A stretch of DNA of 63,386 nucleotides, filler included. It is 8 parts of 8 records of this genome, joined end to end, with 100 filler letters (N's around TTAATTAATTAA, not from the genome) between each part and the next. Parts side by side here need not be neighbours in the genome. Positions count along the whole stretch, not along the records: positions 57,840 to 63,386 come from SRR31156797_43099; 7 more parts are not named here. One strand, written 5' to 3'. The translations under genes were made by a program, and so were the position numbers. Below the pieces are notes generated by a model. That model worked only from the letters and a program-made list of their open reading frames with translations. It was not told the DNA's origin and did not search any database. This document shows, piece by piece, positions 60,383 to 63,386 of the stretch; positions within the stretch are counted from its first letter, which is position 1; each line of letters starts with the position of its first letter.

Positions 60383-61597
60383 CTACGTAAATAGTTTTGA
60401 TGAAACCGCTTTAATGATCTCAAGAATATCCCGGCAGTCATCCTCGCTGAATGTCAGGGGGATTCGCATGTCACACATGACAGCCAGGATGCGTTTGGTA
60501 TTGGCCAGATAAGGTAAATGATCGAAATATCGCCAGCTTTCATAGGCGCTGGTGAAGCCCACCGGCTCCTTGTTTCCGAACCATTTGAGTTCGACCCCCC
60601 AGTTCAGGCACTCTTCAAGAAACGCTCTGATGGTCGGTTCCTCCTGACCGTTCAGGGAAAACTGGATGGAACTGCCCACGTACTGTTCACGCGGATCCCG
60701 CTGGGGACATGTAATTCCATCGATGCTCGCCAACCCCTGCTCCAGGATCCGATAGCGGCTGTTCCAGCGCTCGCACTGAGCATCCAGAACCCTGAGCTGA
60801 GGTCTCAAAATGGCGGCCCGCAGATTGTCCATGCGGCTCGAATAATTGGGAACCATGGTCTTGATGCCCTCGAACACCGCCATTTCGGGCCGCGAGGTGT
60901 GTCGCTCATAGAGCATGTAAGATCCCGAATAGATGATGGCACGGGCGATCAGTTCGGGATCGTCGGTCACCAGCAGGCCCCCTTCCCCTGAATTCATATG
61001 CTTGTAGGTTTGGGTGCTGAAGCAGGCGACTTCGCCAAAGGCACCGGATTTTGTCCCGTCCCATGTGGCGCCCATGGTGTGGGCGCAATCTTCAATCAGG
61101 AAAAGGTCCTGGGCCGCGCAAATCTGCAGGAGCCGATCCATATTGGTGATGTGCCCGCGCATGTGGGAAAGCATCAACCAGCGGGCATCCGATGCCTTGG
61201 CTTTTTCTTCGAGGTCATCGAGATCGATGGTATAATCATCTACGATGTCCACCAACTCGATCGTTGCGCCTGCGTTTTCGATTGCGCCGGGAACCGGTGC
61301 CAGCGTGTAGGCATTGCACAGAACCTTGTCGCCCGGCTGGACCCCGGCACTCTTGAGCGCCAGATACATGGCACTCCCGCAGGAAGCGCAAGCCAGGCAA
61401 TATTTCTTGCCCATGTAGGCGGCAAACTCTTCTTCCAAAAGGGCGGCCTCGCCCTTCTCATCCGGGTCGACATTGTAACGGTGAAGTTTTCCGGACCTTA
61501 AAATGGCGAGGGCTTTTTCGATTCCCTCTTCGCCAACGGGTTCCTGCAAGGTAAAATCCTTGGTGAACCGTTTCGTCTCCGTTTCGGACATGGTCAT
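60383..61597 (-). CDS. DegT/DnrJ/EryC1/StrS family PLP enzyme
   Basis: EDCAH and FSTQTYKHMNSGEGG motifs. Confidence 0.9.
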   Translation of the reverse strand: MTMSETETKRFTKDFTLQEPVGEEGIEKALAILRSGKLHRYNVDPDEKGEAALLEEEFAAYMGKKYCLACASCGSAMYLALKSAGVQPGDKVLCNAYTLAPVPGAIENAGATIELVDIVDDYTIDLDDLEEKAKASDARWLMLSHMRGHITNMDRLLQICAAQDLFLIEDCAHTMGATWDGTKSGAFGEVACFSTQTYKHMNSGEGGLLVTDDPELIARAIIYSGSYMLYERHTSRPEMAVFEGIKTMVPNYSSRMDNLRAAILRPQLRVLDAQCERWNSRYRILEQGLASIDGITCPQRDPREQYVGSSIQFSLNGQEEPTIRAFLEECLNWGVELKWFGNKEPVGFTSAYESWRYFDHLPYLANTKRILAVMCDMRIPLTFSEDDCRDILEIIKAVSSKLFT

Positions 61598-61631
61598 ACT
61601 CCTGCGGCTTCACGGATTTTAAACCCGATCC

Positions 61632-62942
61632 TTAGTATTGGGTCTGTGAATAAACATCGAAATCCCACTCTTTGTCAGGGAAGTATTTTCTCAGACGCCA
61701 ATCGCATGCACGGGCATGGCCTTCCATGCCCTCAACCCTGGACAGACGCGATGCCGCCCCACTGATTACCAGGTTGGCCTCCCGGCTGATCTCCTGGTAG
61801 GTATAGATTTTCAGAAATTTAAGGACATTGAGACCGCCGGTGTAGTAGCCGGCCTTTTTGGTTGGCAGGATGTGATTGGTCCCCGAGCACTTGTCGCCAT
61901 GGGATACCGTGCTGCCTTCACCAAGAAACAGGGAACCATAGGATTTGAGATGTTTGACCCACCAGTCCAGATCCTTAGCCATCACCTGAACATGCTCGGC
62001 CGCGTATTCGTCATTGACCCGACAGAGCTCTTCCCTGTTCTTGCACAATACGATTTCACCATAGTCCCGCCAGGAGGCTTCCGGTACTTCGGGGTTGGGC
62101 ATATCGGCGATGATCTTGGGCATCGAATCGAGCACTTTTTCACCCAATTCCCTGGAGTCGGTGAACAACCACACCGGAGAATCGGTTCCGTGTTCGGCCT
62201 GGGAGACCAGATCGACGGCGACCGTCATATAATCGGCCGATTCGTCGGCAATGATGGCCGACTCCGTGGGGCCGGCAAATACGTCGATGGTGCACTTTCC
62301 GGCAGAGGAAAGAATACTTTTTGCTTCGGCAACGTAGGCGTTGCCGGGGCCGGCAAGGATATTGGCCGGTTTGCCGGTAAACAGACCGAAAGCCATGGTG
62401 GCAATGGCCTGAACGCCCCCCATTTCTAGGATGATGTCGGCCCCGGCCACCTCCAGGGCATAAACGACCGCCGGGGCGATGCTCTCCCCGCGGGGCGGCG
62501 AGCAGGCAATGACAGTTTCGACACCCGCCGCTTTGGCCGTGGCTACGCTCATTAGGGCCGAACAGGCATGGGCGAACCGCCCACCGGGAATATAACAGCC
62601 GGCCACCGCCATGGGAACAATGCGCTGGCCCAAACGAACACCGGGACGCGTCTCGGTTTCAAATTCCTGGAGACTGTCCCGCTGTGCCCTGGCAAACCCG
62701 GACACCTGTTCATGGGCGAAACGGATATCCTGTTTGATGGCTTCGGGCACAGAATCGATAAGGCGCTGTTTCTTTCCCTGACTGAGGATGAAGTCCCCTT
62801 CCCAACCGTCGAATTTTTTGGCCAGCTCGGCAACAGCCTTTTCACCGTTTTTTTCGATCTCTGCAAGAATGTCCTGCACGATGCCGCGGATTTTATCCGT
62901 ATCAGATTCCGCCGTTTTGGCGGCCTTCTTGATGTACTCCAT
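61632..62942 (-). CDS. Histidinol dehydrogenase family, HpsN (sulfopropanediol dehydrogenase)-like clade
   Basis: EYIKKA start, GCYIPGGRF, GPGN, SQAEHG, WRDYGEI, DLDWW, GDK.SGTNH and EGMEGHARA motifs; no his-operon context. Confidence 0.85.
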   Translation of the reverse strand: MEYIKKAAKTAESDTDKIRGIVQDILAEIEKNGEKAVAELAKKFDGWEGDFILSQGKKQRLIDSVPEAIKQDIRFAHEQVSGFARAQRDSLQEFETETRPGVRLGQRIVPMAVAGCYIPGGRFAHACSALMSVATAKAAGVETVIACSPPRGESIAPAVVYALEVAGADIILEMGGVQAIATMAFGLFTGKPANILAGPGNAYVAEAKSILSSAGKCTIDVFAGPTESAIIADESADYMTVAVDLVSQAEHGTDSPVWLFTDSRELGEKVLDSMPKIIADMPNPEVPEASWRDYGEIVLCKNREELCRVNDEYAAEHVQVMAKDLDWWVKHLKSYGSLFLGEGSTVSHGDKCSGTNHILPTKKAGYYTGGLNVLKFLKIYTYQEISREANLVISGAASRLSRVEGMEGHARACDWRLRKYFPDKEWDFDVYSQTQY

Positions 62943-63068
62943 TACCGTCTCCAAATTTCAATAAATATTTTATAATACTTTTTCCTGCAAAGGATGATAG
63001 GCCATCGCTATCAACGAATAAAAATCAATCTTGCCGGGCGCTACTCACGCCCGGCATATAGAGAAGAC

Positions 63069-63386
63069 CTATTGAAAAAGCGTTCCCAGAAAATCAGGCA
63101 GCCACAATGTCAACGCAGGGAAATAGGCGATCAGGAAAACGACCAACACACTGACGAATACAAACGGCAACGCATTGACGGATATATCCTCCAAGGTGGT
63201 GCGGGCCACACCGGAAGCAATGAACATGTTCTCTCCCAGCGGAGGGGTCGCAAAGCCGATTTCGCAGCAGCACACTAGAACGACCCCGAAATGGATCGGA
63301 TCCACACCCAGAGAAACCATCACTGGTAGAAGCACAGGGGTCACCAGCATGATGGTGGCCAGGGTCTCCATGAACATCCCCATGAA
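63069..63386 (-). CDS. dctM: TRAP transporter large permease (C-terminal part)
   Basis: GVDPIHFGV and TPPLGENMF motifs. Confidence 0.9.
   Translation of the reverse strand, partial: FMGMFMETLATIMLVTPVLLPVMVSLGVDPIHFGVVLVCCCEIGFATPPLGENMFIASGVARTTLEDISVNALPFVFVSVLVVFLIAYFPALTLWLPDFLGTLFQ

Noticed and set aside
61632-62942. Histidine biosynthesis hisD
   Set aside because: There are no his genes nearby, and the sequence features and catabolic context are HpsN-like.

Overview
This window is not one locus. It joins eight unrelated contig fragments with 100-nt N-spacers that carry a TTAATTAATTAA all-frame-stop linker, so gene context must not be read across the spacers. Lineage calls below are inferred from gene content and composition. 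(1) 1-5453, AT-rich Campylobacterota-like: a complete integron-type gene cassette (YciI gene plus attC), an intact MntA-type antitoxin with a broken HepT toxin, DUF502, dxs, a phosphoribosyltransferase and an NCS2 permease. (2) 5554-10712, Clostridia-like: two PucR regulators, a URO-D family enzyme and a sugar-binding lipoprotein. (3) 10813-18984, Methanosarcinaceae-like: a GH15-like hydrolase with a probable non-canonical start, an MpgP/GpgP phosphatase, an AT-rich HEAT-repeat gene and F430 genes cfbD-cfbC-cfbB. (4) 19085-29816, Desulfobacterota-like: LysM transglycosylase, birA, FmdB, DinG, PBP1A, TPR protein, mce, nifU. (5) 29917-40122, FCB/Marinisomatota-like: uvrA, a nested REP-like inverted-repeat mosaic, TPR protein, pdp, lptF/G, ccsA plus a short ResB-like gene, lptE, xth, rpmB. 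(6) 40223-48608, Phycisphaerae-like: a tandem FGE-sulfatase-domain protein, GTAG REPs, PadR and zinc-ribbon membrane proteins. (7) 48709-57739: an ECF sigma factor with a Cys-rich extension, an XRE-cupin regulator, a TRAP transporter and E1 alpha/beta. (8) 57840-63386: TRAP DctM, an HpsN-like dehydrogenase, a DegT-family PLP enzyme, RidA, a CuyA/DcyD-like lyase, an Asp/Glu-family racemase and GntR, which together form a candidate aminosulfonate (cysteinolate/cysteate) desulfonation cluster. The strongest leads are this sulfonate cluster, the attC cassette, the nested REP mosaic and the tandem FGE protein.
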